From assembly GCF_009914755.1 (NCBI RefSeq), contig NC_060928.1: DNA of 64,000 nucleotides. One strand, written 5' to 3'. The position numbers were made by a program, and so were the translations under genes. Positions 1 to 13,421 of this stretch are shown in pieces. The stretch comes from the human T2T-CHM13v2.0 reference genome, Homo sapiens. The notes beneath the pieces are model-generated. The model worked only from the letters and a program-made list of their open reading frames with translations, ran no database searches and had not been told where the DNA came from. Within the stretch, counting starts at the first letter, position 1; every line of letters begins with the position of its first letter.

Positions 1-223
1 CCCTCTTGTGGCCATCTTGGGTTTAGTGGGTTTCAGCCGGCTTCTTTATGACAACCCGTTTTATCAGCAATGTCTTTTTGACCAGTATCTTGTGCCGACC
101 TCCTATCTCATCCTGTAACTTAGAATGCCTTAACCATCCAGGAATGCAGCCCAGTAGGTCTCAGCCTTATTTTAACCAGCTCCTGTTCAACATGGAGTTA
201 CTCTGGTTCACATGCCTCTGACA
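1..223 (-). mobile_element. MER41-type ERV1 LTR, 5' part (continues upstream of the window)
   Basis: Reverse complement starts TGTCAGAGGCATGTGAACCAGAGTAACTCCATGTTGAACAGGAGCTGGTTAAAATAAGGCTGAGACCTACTGGGCTGCATTCC, matching the recalled MER41 5' end with its TG terminus at 223. Confidence 0.85.
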
Positions 224-553
224 CCTTGACCTTCCCATTTCACTCTATCCTGTTCTCATTTTCTACATCACCCCACTTTAAATCCCCAGACCTCTTAATC
301 ATAACTTCCTTAAAATTACTGTAAACTCTTGCTTATTTATCACTCTGTCCTCTTCAGACAAAATTTAACTCTTGTTAAAGCAACTCTCTGGTAATCTTCA
401 ACCTGGACCCGCATATTTTAACTGTTTGTATAAAACCTCATAACTATGCTAATTGGTTATGCGATAATTAACCTCCAGCGGGCCCTTAATGCTTGTCAGC
501 TAGCCTACCATATTTCCGTAATCCTTTAACTTTTCCACTCCTTTTTTCTAGAT

Positions 554-718
554 CAGTGCCTCTCAAACTTGAATCTGCATATAAATCACCTGAGGATCTT
601 ATATTAAAAACACAGATTCTGATTCAATAGGTCTCTTGTGGGAGCAGTAATTCTGGAGTTTTAACGAGCTCCCAGGTGATGAGTATGCTGCTGATTTGGG
701 GACCCCACCCTGAGTGGC
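554..718. mobile_element. MER5A-type hAT-Charlie DNA transposon
   Basis: CAGTGCCTCTCAAACTT...AATCACCTGAGGATCTT...CAGATTCTGATTCAATAGGTCT...AGCTCCCAGGTGATG...GCTGCTG is typical MER5 structure. Confidence 0.75.
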
Positions 719-724
719 CTTCCT

Positions 725-3112
725 TTTTATTACATTAACTTGATGACCTTGTTCATATTTCACTGAGAATCAGGTAGAGCTTCCATATGCTTTTCTTCTC
801 TAAATCTACCAATGTACTTGCATCTGTAGTCACATGCCCCTAATTTCCCTCCTCCAGGAATAGAATTTTATGCTTCTGTTTTTAAGGCCAAATCTACCAT
901 TTCTTCACTGGCTTCAACTCATCTTCTACTCAGAGCCACTGCTTCAGTAATTCGCTTCTTTCATTCATGTGTACACAATTTTTCATTACACATACAGACT
1001 CATTCTCAAATACATAATAAACCAGTACTTTATTTGAAAAAAAAATCTTTCTTAATCTCACAGCCTCATTATTTGCCTGCATTCCTCTGGTCTCCCCTTT
1101 AGAGAAAAATTCCTTGAAAGAGTTGTCTATATATTATTTTTCTACCTCTTATCCCTCTCTTTTCTTTGAAATCTACTGAACTATGTTTTATAAATTTACT
1201 AAGGACAGCCACATTGCCAAATTCAATGACCAAGTTTTATTACTTATTTTATTGGTCTATCAGTAGTGCTTGATATATTGATTTTTCCCTCCTTCTTCAG
1301 TATTTTTACTTGACTCTAGGGCCAATTCTCTCTCACCATTTCTTCTTGGTCTTCCTTTCTTGTTTCTTATTATCTCTGCAACCTCTACATCAATGATTTT
1401 TACCACTTTTTTGGCTACACACTAGAATTAACTGAGGACTTTTGGAAACAGATACCTGAGGTTTACCTCCAAAGAATCATAAATAATTGGTTTGGCATGG
1501 AACCTGGGCAAAGGTAGCTTTTCAATATCCCCAGGTGTTTCTAACATGAGTCCAGGTTTGACAGCTACTGCCCAGCCTCAATTGGACCTCTTCATCATTT
1601 AGATTTACTCCTAGGTGATGCCACTTTGAAAAAGGAAACACATTTCTTATCAAGTGTGCGAGACAGTCAGATATCAGGAGTACTGACTTACCAAATAAAG
1701 AACACAGGGCATATCTGAAGGGTGGAAAATCTAAAAATCGATCGAAGTTACTAAATTTTCATTAGTCTATTCACAGTGGGAAGACAACTTTCTGAAATGA
1801 TTATTATATTCATAAAGGCCATGACATATATTTAGATATCAATATATCATAACTCAGGGATTACTTCTTTGTGTTACAAATTCCAGATTTGTAAACAATA
1901 TCCAAGGTTTTATTATTTCGAGTACCAGAACCAGTTAAAGAAATCCTATTAGTTTTGTTTCAGTCTCAGAATGTACAGTTTTTGTTTTGTTTTGTTTGCT
2001 TGTTTTCAAACTATGGTGTATGAAGTGCTCAATTATAGTGGAAACAGGGGGAAGTGTCAGTTTTGGTTTCCTGAAGTATGGCTTTAAATATTATCTATGT
2101 GTAAAATTCCCAGTCTGTACCTTTAACATAGACAATGTCTCTAAATTCCTGATTTGCATGTCCTATTACCTGCTCAGCATCTACTACTGATTATCTGTCA
2201 TTTCAAATTCAATGTGTTCAAAACTGATATGTGCCCCCACCCTATTTTTCTAAGGTTGTCACTAGGTCAATAAACACATCTCTATTTTACCATGTGCTTA
2301 GGCTAAAAATGTGAGGGTTGTCTTTAGCTTCTCTCCTTTTCTCATAATCTACATCTAATCCACCGGAAAATTTTTTTCACTCAATCTTTCAAAAATGAGA
2401 AAAATCTCACATGCTTTATCTCCTCCACTGTCAGCACCTCACTCAATGCTGCATTGTGTCTCTTCTGAATTAATCATTCATTTGCTTCCTAGTGTTTCTC
2501 TTTATTTCTGTTACTGCTTCCTACGAAGTATTAGACAGTATTTTCAATAGAATACTTTAATTCTTTTAACACGTAAGCCAGATCACATCTTTCTTCTGCT
2601 CATGTTGCTTAAATAACTTCCTATATCAGAGCCATCCTTATGGTTATTCCCTACTCATCTTCTCTACCCTACTTTGCCCACTTCAGTGGTGTCTTCTTCC
2701 CGTTCCTCAAACACTCTGAGCACACTGCTGCCTGTAAGCCTTTGTACTTTCATACTTACTCTTCTCTCCAACTTGAATACACAAGATATACACAAGCTTG
2801 ACTTCTCAATTCCTTCAAATCTTTGTTCAAATGTCATCTTCTATGAAAAGTCCCTTTTGAGAACTATATTTCAAATCACAGCATTTCCTCCATCCCTCTT
2901 CTCTTTATCCTTCTTTTTTACTTTGCTTAATACTGTGCATCGCCATTTGATAGGCCATGTTAAAACTTGTTTATTTTGTTTCCTCCTCTCATACCCCACA
3001 CTGAAATGTAAGCTCCATTGAAAGCAGGGACGTTTCTTTTTGATGGCAGAATAGTACCTAAATTAGTACCTGGCACACAATATGGTCTTAGTAAATGTTT
3101 ATTAAATGAATG
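725..3112 (+). mobile_element. Fragmented L2 LINE (interrupted by other elements)
   Basis: Pyrimidine-rich L2-like body; L2 3' end GTAAGCTCCATTGAAAGCAGGGAC...CCTGGCACACAATATGGTCTTAGTAAATGTTTATTAAATGAATG at ~3008-3112. The 5' boundary is approximate. Confidence 0.6.
1400..1570. mobile_element. MER5-type DNA transposon fragment
   Basis: GGCTACACACTAGAATTAACTGAGGAC...TCCCCAGGTGTTTCTAACATGAGTCCAGGTTTGACAGCTACTG resembles the MER5 termini. Confidence 0.55.
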
Positions 3113-5548
3113 GGTACCTTAGCCTATGGGGAGAACATGAGCACCAATCTCAGTTGCTATGGGCCCCATATTAATTCAAAAGAAGGCTGCAAGAGACTTT
3201 CTACTTGTTTTGATTTGTTTTGTATTACTAAATTAAACAGCCATATGCAAGGAAATATGAGCAGTCCTTACATCAGGGCCTCCCTGATCCCCCGATTCAA
3301 ATCATAGCGTTAATACTACAGGCAACTTATTTATCTTTTGTAAATTACACAAACATGCAAATCCCCTTCTTCATGCCCAGTTCCCAGCACATACACACAC
3401 TCATAGAAACACAGCGACCTCAATATTTTTGGCAGAGACCCACACTGAATTTTCAGATGTAGAAGAGAATAATGCAGAGAGGAACGAACACCAATTTCTG
3501 GGCTTTCTTTCCCTTTAGAGTTCTTTTCATTTACTAACCTCCAATATGCTAATTCTGAGAGGCATCATATTTTATCCCCTTCGACATAGTCCAAAAATCT
3601 TTTCCCTTAATACACATTGTAAAATGCTCCTATAGCACACGAGGTTTAAAAAATACTGTAGTGCACCCTGGCTGGTTCTCTTCAGTATTTTCTAGGACTC
3701 CCATTTTGGAGGTATGTTGCTGCTGTGTTGTGCTCTGCTTGAATTAAATTGTAAAACACCCCTGCTGGATGGGAATGTTTGTCTGGCCATACAGCTGAAG
3801 AGAATGTAATTCTTACATTAAAACAGTGGAGGCAAAACCATGGAGAAACATTCAGGTTTATGTTGAGGCCAAGCATTTGAATGGTCTCCCAGATTTAAAC
3901 TTGTCTTCACAGATGTGGTAGCAGCACTGACACCATCATACATGCCAGGGTCGTGTGGTGACTCAAAGAAAAATTGTCCCTCTTGGCAAAATGCTCTTCC
4001 CAGGGAGAATGGCAGCAGCTGGCTCCACTGATGGTGGAGTTTCCAACTATGAAGCCAAGGGTCAACCTGGGCAGCACTGATTCTAGCTCATTTAGTGCTC
4101 TGGGGCCTGGGGTTGAGAAAAAGGGGCAAAGGTGAACCACTTTCTTCCCAATAGGATGATTCATTTTAGTGGCTAACAGCCTGCTCTACTTTCCTAAGGT
4201 GAGAAAAAGCAAGCACATTGACATTCCTGCCCACAATACCTTCTGTTATGTCCATGTGGTTAGCTGGCATCAAGTTGCCTCCTAGAGGAAATAAAAAACT
4301 AAAGTGCTTGTTCTGCTAAAGTTTACTGTTTTCTTTTCTACTTTATTTAGCTTTTTAGGCATTTTATTTCACCCTTATTTCTCATGCATATAGATGTATT
4401 AATTTATTTGAGAGAGATTTCAGGGTCATTAAAATTCATCTTTTGAAGGTCACAAACCTGCACTGTTGAATCCATAGTTATGAAGGAGTCTGCCTTTAAC
4501 CTTTCTAATACATAGACCATAAACTCTATAATGGCATATCGTATGGAGAAAATGCTTTATTCAGTTATATCTTTGAAAAGTAATAATCACTGCTAGCACT
4601 GTTGGTAGTCCATCAATAGAGATAGTTTTCTAAGAGTGACTAATTCTACCTAGTAATTTAAATAAGGCTTATGTTCAGAATGACTGATAAAGATTAAGTA
4701 AATGCTATGTAATATTTTGTACAATACTGATGTTTTGTTCTAATCACACAGTTTAAGTGTGCATTTGCCAAAGGGGAAGAAAGCACATTACCATTTTTGG
4801 ATATGGATCTATCTAAATTTTTATAAGCATTTTAATGCAGACATAAATATATATGTATACCAAAAGCAAATGCAACTGAATATCATTCTGGCTGCCAAAA
4901 AAGCTGTAGGCAAGTACTATTGAAATTAAAAATTAGACTTTAACCTCTAATGTATTTTTAAACATAATTAAAACATAAGAAACCAGCTGGGCTTATTATA
5001 GGTCCAGAACCTTCTGAGTTAAACAGCATGTGTTAAACAAAAGAATTCAATCATGCAGATTTTTTTTATTTTTCTGTAACCTTATTCAGTAATATTTAAT
5101 TTCCAACAAATACAGATTGCCAGCTGTTAACATCCTTTTACTGCAAGATAAGGGTAAGAAATTTAATGCTGGTTGTTTTGTGTTTACGACTGTTGACCAA
5201 AAATTGCACACTGGTTACAGTGAGTATTTGTTAGCATTTTTCTTCTATTTGAAAATTTATTCCAAATATGATAAACTGCCTAATTCCCTGTGAAACAGCA
5301 TTAGTTGTTATTTTGAGAAGCTACTTAGTTTGCTCAAACATTCTCTAGAATCTCCATAAGCAACTAAGTAAAACTAGAATTGGGACACCAAGAAAGGATG
5401 TACAACTCTTCAAACGTACGATCTTATCCCATTCTGGTCAAATCTAAAACAGGAAATTTTGAGACATAAAGGGGAACCAATTTTTTGAAATAATGATAAG
5501 AGTCTGGTATGCTTTAAACAATTTAGATAAATAAAGAAGTAACGCTAT

Positions 5549-5715
5549 CTAGAGAAGAAGAGTGGGAATGTTCCCAACGTAAAGAAAAGGTAAAGGTTTG
5601 AGGTGATGGATATCCCAATTACTTCTGATTTTATAATTACACATTGCATGCATGTATCAAAATATCACATGTGCCCCAAAAATATGTACAGCTATTATGT
5701 TTCAATTTTAAAAAG
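5549..5715 (+). mobile_element. L1MA-type 3' end fragment
   Basis: ATGTTCCCAAC...GTTTGAGGTGATGGATATCCCAATTAC...ATTACACATTG...TATCAAAATATCACATGTGCCCC is the L1MA 3' UTR terminus. Confidence 0.75.
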
Positions 5716-6832
5716 ATACAAAAAAATGTTAGAGTAATGCTATCATTAGTTAATTTGAGACAGCAGTTTAAAACAAGAACAGACTTGGGGCAGAAGAAAA
5801 TGAATCAACCTTAAACTAAGTCAAAGCTACTTCAATAGAACTTTGTTATATTTTGTATAGAATTTCCTAATGAACACTGTTAATTGCAATCTCATATATT
5901 ACTAGACTAACCATTCTAATTAAAATAAACAATTGAACAGATAGGATCAAGTGCTCACTTCTCTGAATGGACTTTAAGAAAAAGAAAGTGATATAAAGTA
6001 TAGAAGATATAACTTCTGATGTGTCCTTTAGGAGTAGAAAGTTGGAACAATGGAGAACTGAGTTTAATCTGAAGAAGGAGGTAGAATATTGTTAGGTGGT
6101 GAAGGTACTAGTAAGTTCTTAGTTGCATAATCCATTTTTTTCTGATGTAAGATCAAAACAACCTAAGTTTCGTGTATATTAATGAGAAAATGTAACAGTA
6201 TAATGTAAAAAACAGCATGGTAGTCTAAGGAAGTGGATTATAATATATACCAGAATTAGAAATACAGCAAAGCATTTAGGGAGAACAGCATTCATTCAGA
6301 ACTACTAGAAATGTTGTAGAATGATAGATGTGTAGAGCAATGCAACCTTACATGATTGTAGAAGCTGCTAAAACAATCTTGGTTTGGCTATTTCTTCATC
6401 TGGTGCGAAGTGTGAAGTCACTGGATTGGCAGTCAGAGGGAAAGTGGGGAAGAGCAGTGACAACCAGGGCACCCAAGGAACAACCTGGAACTTGCTGTTT
6501 ATCTCTCATTGGAATGAATCCATGATGTTCTCTGACTATCCCCTTGCCCTTCTCACACAATAATTTGGAGGTTATAAATGGAAGAAATTTCAAGAGGACT
6601 GGCCTTTGGAATCATTTGTTGCCCAAATCAACAAGATGATCTAGCAGCTCTGCAAAGACATGCACAATCTAATTCAACCTCCCAAGAATAAATATGGCCA
6701 TTGCTTCCTTTCTGCCTTCCAAATCTCACACACACTTGTCTTGTGACCAGTCTTAACCAGAAACATTCTTGGAAATGTAGTTCAGCTTCGCCAGTTTGAC
6801 AAACCACAGTGTCATAGAAATCTCAACAGGAG

Positions 6833-7659
6833 ATTTTTGGCTGCATAAGTGTCTTCTTTTGAGAAGTGTCTGGTCATATCCTTCGCCCACTTGTTGATGG
6901 GGTTTTTTTTTTTCTGTAAATTTGTTTGAGTTCTTTGTAGATTCTGGATATTAGCCCTCACACCAGTTAGAATGGCGATCATTAAAAAGTCAGGGAACAA
7001 CAGATGCTGGAGAGGATGTGGAGAAATAGGAATACTTCTACACTGTTGGTGGGACTGTAAACTAGTTCAACCATTGTGGAAGTCAGTGTGGCGATTCCTC
7101 AGGGATCTAGAACCAGAAATACCATTTGACCCAGCCATCCCATTACTGGGTATATACCCAAAGGATTATAAATCATGCTGCTATAAAGACACATGCACAC
7201 ATATGTTTATTGCGGCACTATTCACAACAGCAAAGACTTGAACCAACCCAAATGTCCAACAATGATAGACTGGATTAAGAAAATGTGGCACATATACACC
7301 GTGGAATCCTATGCAGCCATAAAAAATGATGAGTTCATGTCCTTTGTAGGGACATGGATGAAGCTGGAAACCATCATTCTCAGCAAACTGTCACAAGGAC
7401 AAAAAATCAAACACCGCATGTTCTCACTCATAGGTGGGAATTGAACAATGAGAACACATGGACACAGGAAGGAGAACATCACACACCAGGGCCTGTTGTG
7501 GGGTGGGGGAAGGGGGGAGGGATAGCATTAGGAGATATACCTAATGTAAATGATGAGTTAATGGGTACAGCACACCAACATGGCACATGTATACATATGT
7601 AACAAACCTGCACGTTGTGCACATGTACCCTAAAACTTAAAGTATAATTAAAAAAAAAA
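6833..7659 (+). mobile_element. 5'-truncated, 5'-inverted L1PA (approx. PA4-PA6)
   Basis: Antisense ORF2 segment at 6833-6958, then sense ORF2 C-terminus ([10 protein letters not shown]...), 3' UTR and poly(A). TSD CTCAACAGGAG at 6822-6832 and 7660-7670. Confidence 0.92.
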
Positions 7660-10600
7660 CTCAACAGGAGTTACAGTACCGTAAACAAACTTCCACTTTA
7701 AAAGTTCTTATGCCCTATATGGATTATTTTCTTACAGAATCAAAATGTATTATAAGTTACAGATCATGATTCTGGGCTCAAATAGCCCTAGGGTCACTAG
7801 TAGATTTAATATAAATGAATTTAAAGGTTTTATTTACTCTGAGGTGTTTAGAATCACCAGTTGAGAAGGTTCAGCATTATGGGCTGCATTCTCTACTGAA
7901 AAGTCCCTTGTTTTCTGTTACTTTTCTCAAAGAATCAAAATTCAAATAAACGACTTTGCTTCTATTTTTTATCAGAAAATTTTAATAAGCAGAGAACCTC
8001 ATTTGTTAGATGACAAATATATTATCTTTAGCCTTTTGCTTTTCTTTTGGCCACTAGCTTCTCTTGTTGTTTTCCCATTGGCATCTTATTTTTTATTTCC
8101 TTCCACAAAGAAAAGAAAAATAAGAAAAGAATAAGAAAAAGCTACAGGGCCTTTCTACCATATAGTCTTCATTGATCTGGTCTAACTGTATCATAGTTTT
8201 CTCTCATAAGCACCCAAATTTATCTCCATTCCTAAAGAGATCAACAAATTTTAGCAAATGCATTCTCATCCCTTCCTAATTGTACAGTAAGCTCTTCATT
8301 GCAAGTCTGCTATTTTAGAAAACTCCAGTTTAGATTGCTTCACTGATTGAACTTGCTTCTTTAACCTATATAAGACTTCTAAACAAATTAAATGAAGACA
8401 GATTTTCCTCAGAGGGAATCAGTGTCAGGAGAGAGAGTGATTTTCACTTTCCTTCCCTCCTCTTAGGAGCCAGCACTTGGGGCTATAAACCAGGAATGTT
8501 CATCTGGGCAGCATGCGTCCAAGATAGCAGGTCTGTGGCAAATGGGCAGGATGAGCTGATCCACTACTCGATTAGGGCCAAATGGCTTTCTACCAAGACA
8601 CTATTATGTATGAGCCAAGATCCTCTCCAAGGTCACTTCATGCTATTGACACACTTGGAAAAGGAATTTGGAATACTTAAATTCATTCAATCACATTGCC
8701 TCATTAAAAAGACAAGGAAGCTAAGGTGAATTCACATCAAAGTTGCTAACTAAACTTAACTCATAGTGAGGTATGAAAATCCCACTTTTTTCTCTGATAA
8801 GAAATTAGTCCTAAAGAGCTCTGCTTTTAATATAAGTGAAAAATAGTATAGAGATCCTAAACAAATTTTAGGGACTAAACTAATTTTAGTCAAGGGACTA
8901 ATGTATAGCCCTCTGCCTCAAGAAATTTGTGGTAATACTATCCTATAAGACACACAAACGTATGTGCATTCTGCAGAAGCTGCATTAAGTTAAAGGGGCA
9001 AGAAATGTTTCACAGACTTTTTGTTTTGAATGAGTAGAAATGTCTATGCCAGTATACAATTCAGAAATTAATTTTCCTTCAGTGCTAATAATTGATTCCA
9101 ATAAAATAAGATAGTTACATGGTAACTTTAAAAAACAGAAAGAATTAGAGAGCAACTTTATAAAAATATATTCCTGGTGATGATTGATTTTTATATCATT
9201 TTGTGTGCATTACAAAGGAAGCCATTTTTCTAGAATCTTTTGTATTTTTCTTACAACTTCCATTGAACATTTTTCTTATTCTCAGTATTTTCTTTTTTAT
9301 ACATCTTTCTATTTCTCTCTTATATGTACCAATATATCTTTATTTCATTTTAGAGCTCTGTAGATGAATTTTAACTCTTAGAATACATTTTTTTTTTCTT
9401 TTTCCTTTTTCTTCCAGTACAGAAGGTATTCTCTATCTTAGTACACTTCAAGGTCTACTATTATGTGACTTTCCTTTCCCTCCTGTTTCCTATTCCCAAC
9501 ATAAAAGACAGCCATTCTGGCACAGATATAAAATTAGTTTTGCTCAATGGATTTCTTGTCATGCATGTGCACAAAGCTTCATTTACCTTCAATTTAGGCT
9601 TTTGTTTTCCTCTGGTGACTCATTTTGCTGCATCTGTGTTTGTTCTATAACCTGTGGATAAGGCATGTTTCTCTGGCAGGGAGCTGGCTGAGCACTTGCT
9701 GTAGGCTGCCATGTGTTAGCAATTTTTGAATGCAGTTCAGGGGTACCCCATCCTCTGCATCAGATATTACTGCTCTTTACATAATTCCTATGTGGTTGTC
9801 AGCTTAGATCTTGTTTGTTTATCTCAGGGATTTGTTGTCATTTTTATTGTTGTTAATTCATTTAGTATACCACAGATGCTTTTGTTATATTCCCAGTGGT
9901 AAATAGATACAAGTTTTACTGATTGTGGTAAAACAGATCAGATATTTAGTTATGGTTACCAGTTTGCCCCTTTTCCAATGCTAAATGCGGCCATAAAGCT
10001 TTATTCTCTCTTTTTTTTTTTTTTTTTTTTTTCTGATCTTTTGTAAAATTTACTCTGTACATTTCGGTCTTTCTTACATAAAGGTGGAAACCCATTCCAG
10101 CCACAAGCTTTTCATAAACAGTTCACAGCCTACTGTTTTCAAATGGATTGCTACTTAAATGTCTTTGAGATATTTTTCCTTCTGAATAACTGCATTACAT
10201 CACCTATTTTAGAAATTAGTGTTGTTTAAATACTTCTTAAGACATGAGTCTTAGTTTCAGAGTTTATGTGATTAAGGTGTAGGGTTAGTAGCCAGAGAGG
10301 AAAGCAGCTTATGCAATAAGAATTGGCACAGAAAAAATTTATTGAGCAATTTTGGAGCTTGCTTAAATCTTGTGTTTTTGATATTTGGGGAAGCAAAGAA
10401 ATTTCAAAATAATTAGATTTAATTTTTGTATTTAAGCATAGATGGTTACCAAACAAGACTTTTCACATACTTAAAGAGAGAATTGCTAACCAGTCATGGG
10501 GATTGTTTAATAACTCCCTTTCTTGGCAAGGCTATTTGATTCTGAGAGAAAATGACTAATCACAAAGTACTCATTGCTTGGAAATACCTCAAAACAACTA

Positions 10601-10810
10601 TAGGGAAGTAGAATTGCTTCAACTGTGAAACTGGGGAATTGCTTTTGTCTCACTGTGACCTCTGTTCCAATTTCAAAGCTTGTTCATCCCGTCACACGAA
10701 CAATAATTTTTTAAAATCCCAGTGTCAAAACCATGGCTCTTCCTTGTGTATTAAGTGATGTTAATTGCTACACTGAATAAACCCAAAAAAGTCCACAATG
10801 ACTTAAAAAT

Positions 10811-11303
10811 TGTATCACTTTCCTAGGGATGCTGAGACAAAGTGCCACAAACTGGGTGGCTTAAAACAACACAAATTTATTCTTTCACTGTTCTAGATGC
10901 TAGAAGTTTCAAATCAAGATACTGATAGGGTCATGCTTCCTCCAAAGCTGCTAGAGAGGAGAATCCTTTCTTGCCTCTTTCAGCTTCGGGTAGCCAGGTA
11001 TTCCTTGGTTTGTGGAAGTGTTACTCCAGTCTCTGGTTCCATATTTATGGCTGTCTTCCCACTGTGTCTGTCTTCATGTCTTTACATGATGTTCTCTTTG
11101 TGTGTCTATGTCTGTACCCAAATTTCCCACTTCTTATAAGGACATCAATCATATTGGATTAATGGCCTACCATACTCCAATATAACCTCATCTTAACTAA
11201 TCACATTTCTAACAGCCCTATATCCAAATAGATCACATTCTGATCTATTGGGGATTATGATTTCAACAGGTCATTTTGGGGGGAAACAATTTAACCCAAA
11301 ACA
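10811..11303 (-). mobile_element. MLT1B/C-type MaLR solo LTR
   Basis: TGTATCACTTTCCTAGGG...CACAAACTGGGTGGCTTAAAACAACACAAATTTATT...CACATTCTG...AACCCAAAACA is antisense MLT1 LTR. Confidence 0.8.
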
Positions 11304-11420
11304 AACACTAAGAAGTTTACTTCTTGCTAAGGTAAACTGCTGTATAGGTAAAACAGGTTGACAGGGTTATTCTCCATACACTCAATCAAGAACAGACTAA
11401 CAGAAGCTCTGACATCATCA

Positions 11421-11876
<456 letters not shown>

Positions 11877-12041
11877 TTAGCTGGAAAGATAAGGAAGCCT
11901 GGGAAATGTGGTTTAGCTGTGTGTCCTTGATGAAAAGAAGAATATGGGTCTTTTTTTGAGCAGAAAGGAATCTCTCATTCTTCTGTACAATTGCATTCTA
12001 GGGCATTTTATGAGAGAAAATGAACATTATCCTATATGATT

Positions 12042-12180
12042 GGGGTAACTATACTTCCTGGATTCCCTAGGACTACCTTGATTTACGCTTATTGTCTCTG
12101 AACAATTATTAATAGCACTTCCACTTTTTCTATAAACTGACCTGATTTGATGATTTGGTTAATAATTTATATGTTCATCA
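12042..12180. mobile_element. MER81-like hAT-Blackjack MITE
   Basis: GGGTAACTATA...GATTTACGCTTATTGTCTC...AATTATTAATAGCAC resembles the recalled MER81 consensus. Confidence 0.5.
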
Positions 12181-12553
12181 TATCAGATGAGAAGCCAAGG
12201 AGGAGAATTCTCCATTTTGTAAAAGAATATATCAAATGTGCCTATTGAAAACAAGAAATCAACCTGCTGGGCTCCTCAAGGAAAAACATTTTGTTTAGTA
12301 TGTTTCCAATTCCACTAAAATGAGATTTGGCAAGATTTTGGACCATATGTCTTTAGCATTCTCTAAACTGGAATGACTAAAAAGGTGTTTAAAAATTTTA
12401 ACAAAGTACAAATATATACCTGTCTAGAAAATGTGTCCTTTAAAATGAATTTCTAAGTCATCTGAAAAATAGTAGTGGCCCCTATATTACTTTCTTATCT
12501 ATACTCAAAATAAATATATCTTGGTGCTTTGTTAATAAAAGTTATTATTATCA

Positions 12554-12889
12554 TTTTGTTTTGTTTTTGAGACAGGGTCTTGCTCTGTTGCCCAGGATGG
12601 AGTGTAGTGGTGCTCTTATAGCTCACTGCAGCCTTGCCTTCCCAGACTCAAGCCACCCTCTCACCTCAGCCTCCTAAGTAGCTGGGACCACAGGTGTGTA
12701 TGCACACCACCATGCCTGGCTATTTTTTTCAAAATTTATTTTTTAATTAATTAATTATTATTATTTCTTTTTTGGTAGAGATGGAGTCTCCCTGGGCATA
12801 GGCTGGTCTTAAACTCCTGGCTCAAGTGATCCTCCCACCTTGGCCTCCCAAAGTGCTAGGTTTACAGGGATGAGCCACTGTACCAAGCC
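12554..12889 (-). mobile_element. AluJ
   Basis: GAGACAGGGTCTTGCTCTG...ATAGCTCACTGCAGCCT...CTCAAGTGATCCTCCCACC are J-type features, with an expanded AT-rich linker. Degenerate TSD TAATAAA(A)GTT. Confidence 0.9.
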
Positions 12890-13050
12890 TAATAAAGTTT
12901 TTGATAGGTCATCGTTTTATTGAATATTAAGGCAGAAAAAGACTTCCTAAGAGAAATCTGGTATCAAGCCCCTAAATTATTGCAATTCTGCTTACATGAA
13001 TTGAGTCTGGCATTACTTTGTAAAAGCATATATTGAAGTGTTCTTAAGAT

Positions 13051-13421
13051 TGTCTGTCCTTCTTTGGGCTGCTATAACAAAATACCATAGAATGGACAGA
13101 ATATAAACAACAGAAATGTATTTCTCACACTTTTGGAGGCTGTGAGGTGCCAGATCAAGTTTCAGTGCCTGGCGGAAGTCCAACTTCCTTTTTCTTGTAA
13201 CCTCATATGGTGGGGAGTAGGGTTGGGATTATTTCCCTTGGGTCTCTTTCATAAAGACAAATCCCTTGGGTCTCTTTCATAAAGACACTAATTCCATTAA
13301 TGAAGGCTTTGCCCTCATGATTTAATCACGTACTGAAGGTCCCACCACCTAATAAGATCACATTAAGAATTTTAATTTTAAACTATGAATTTTAGGATAC
13401 ACAAGCATTCAGACCATAGCT
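13051..13421 (-). mobile_element. MLT1A-type MaLR solo LTR
   Basis: GGGCTGCTATAACAAAATACCATAG...AACAACAGAAATGTATTTCTCAC...CATTCAGACCATAGC. Confidence 0.8.

Noticed and set aside
6280-6810. Possible old MLT LTR (also 11310-11980 flanking the Alu)
   Set aside because: Only short motifs such as GGAAATGTAGTT are recognisable, so boundaries are not supportable by eye.
8481-8729. TATAAA followed by an ATG ORF of 77 aa
   Set aside because: The ATG is only ~5 nt after the TATA-like motif, too close for a promoter, and the peptide is unrecognisable.
9388-9431. Strong polypyrimidine/CAG acceptor (also at 15089-15123)
   Set aside because: No convincing donor partner; such tracts are common in AT-rich DNA.
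10011-10032. Orphan T22 run as a solo poly(A) retro-insertion
   Set aside because: No TSD or element body is visible.
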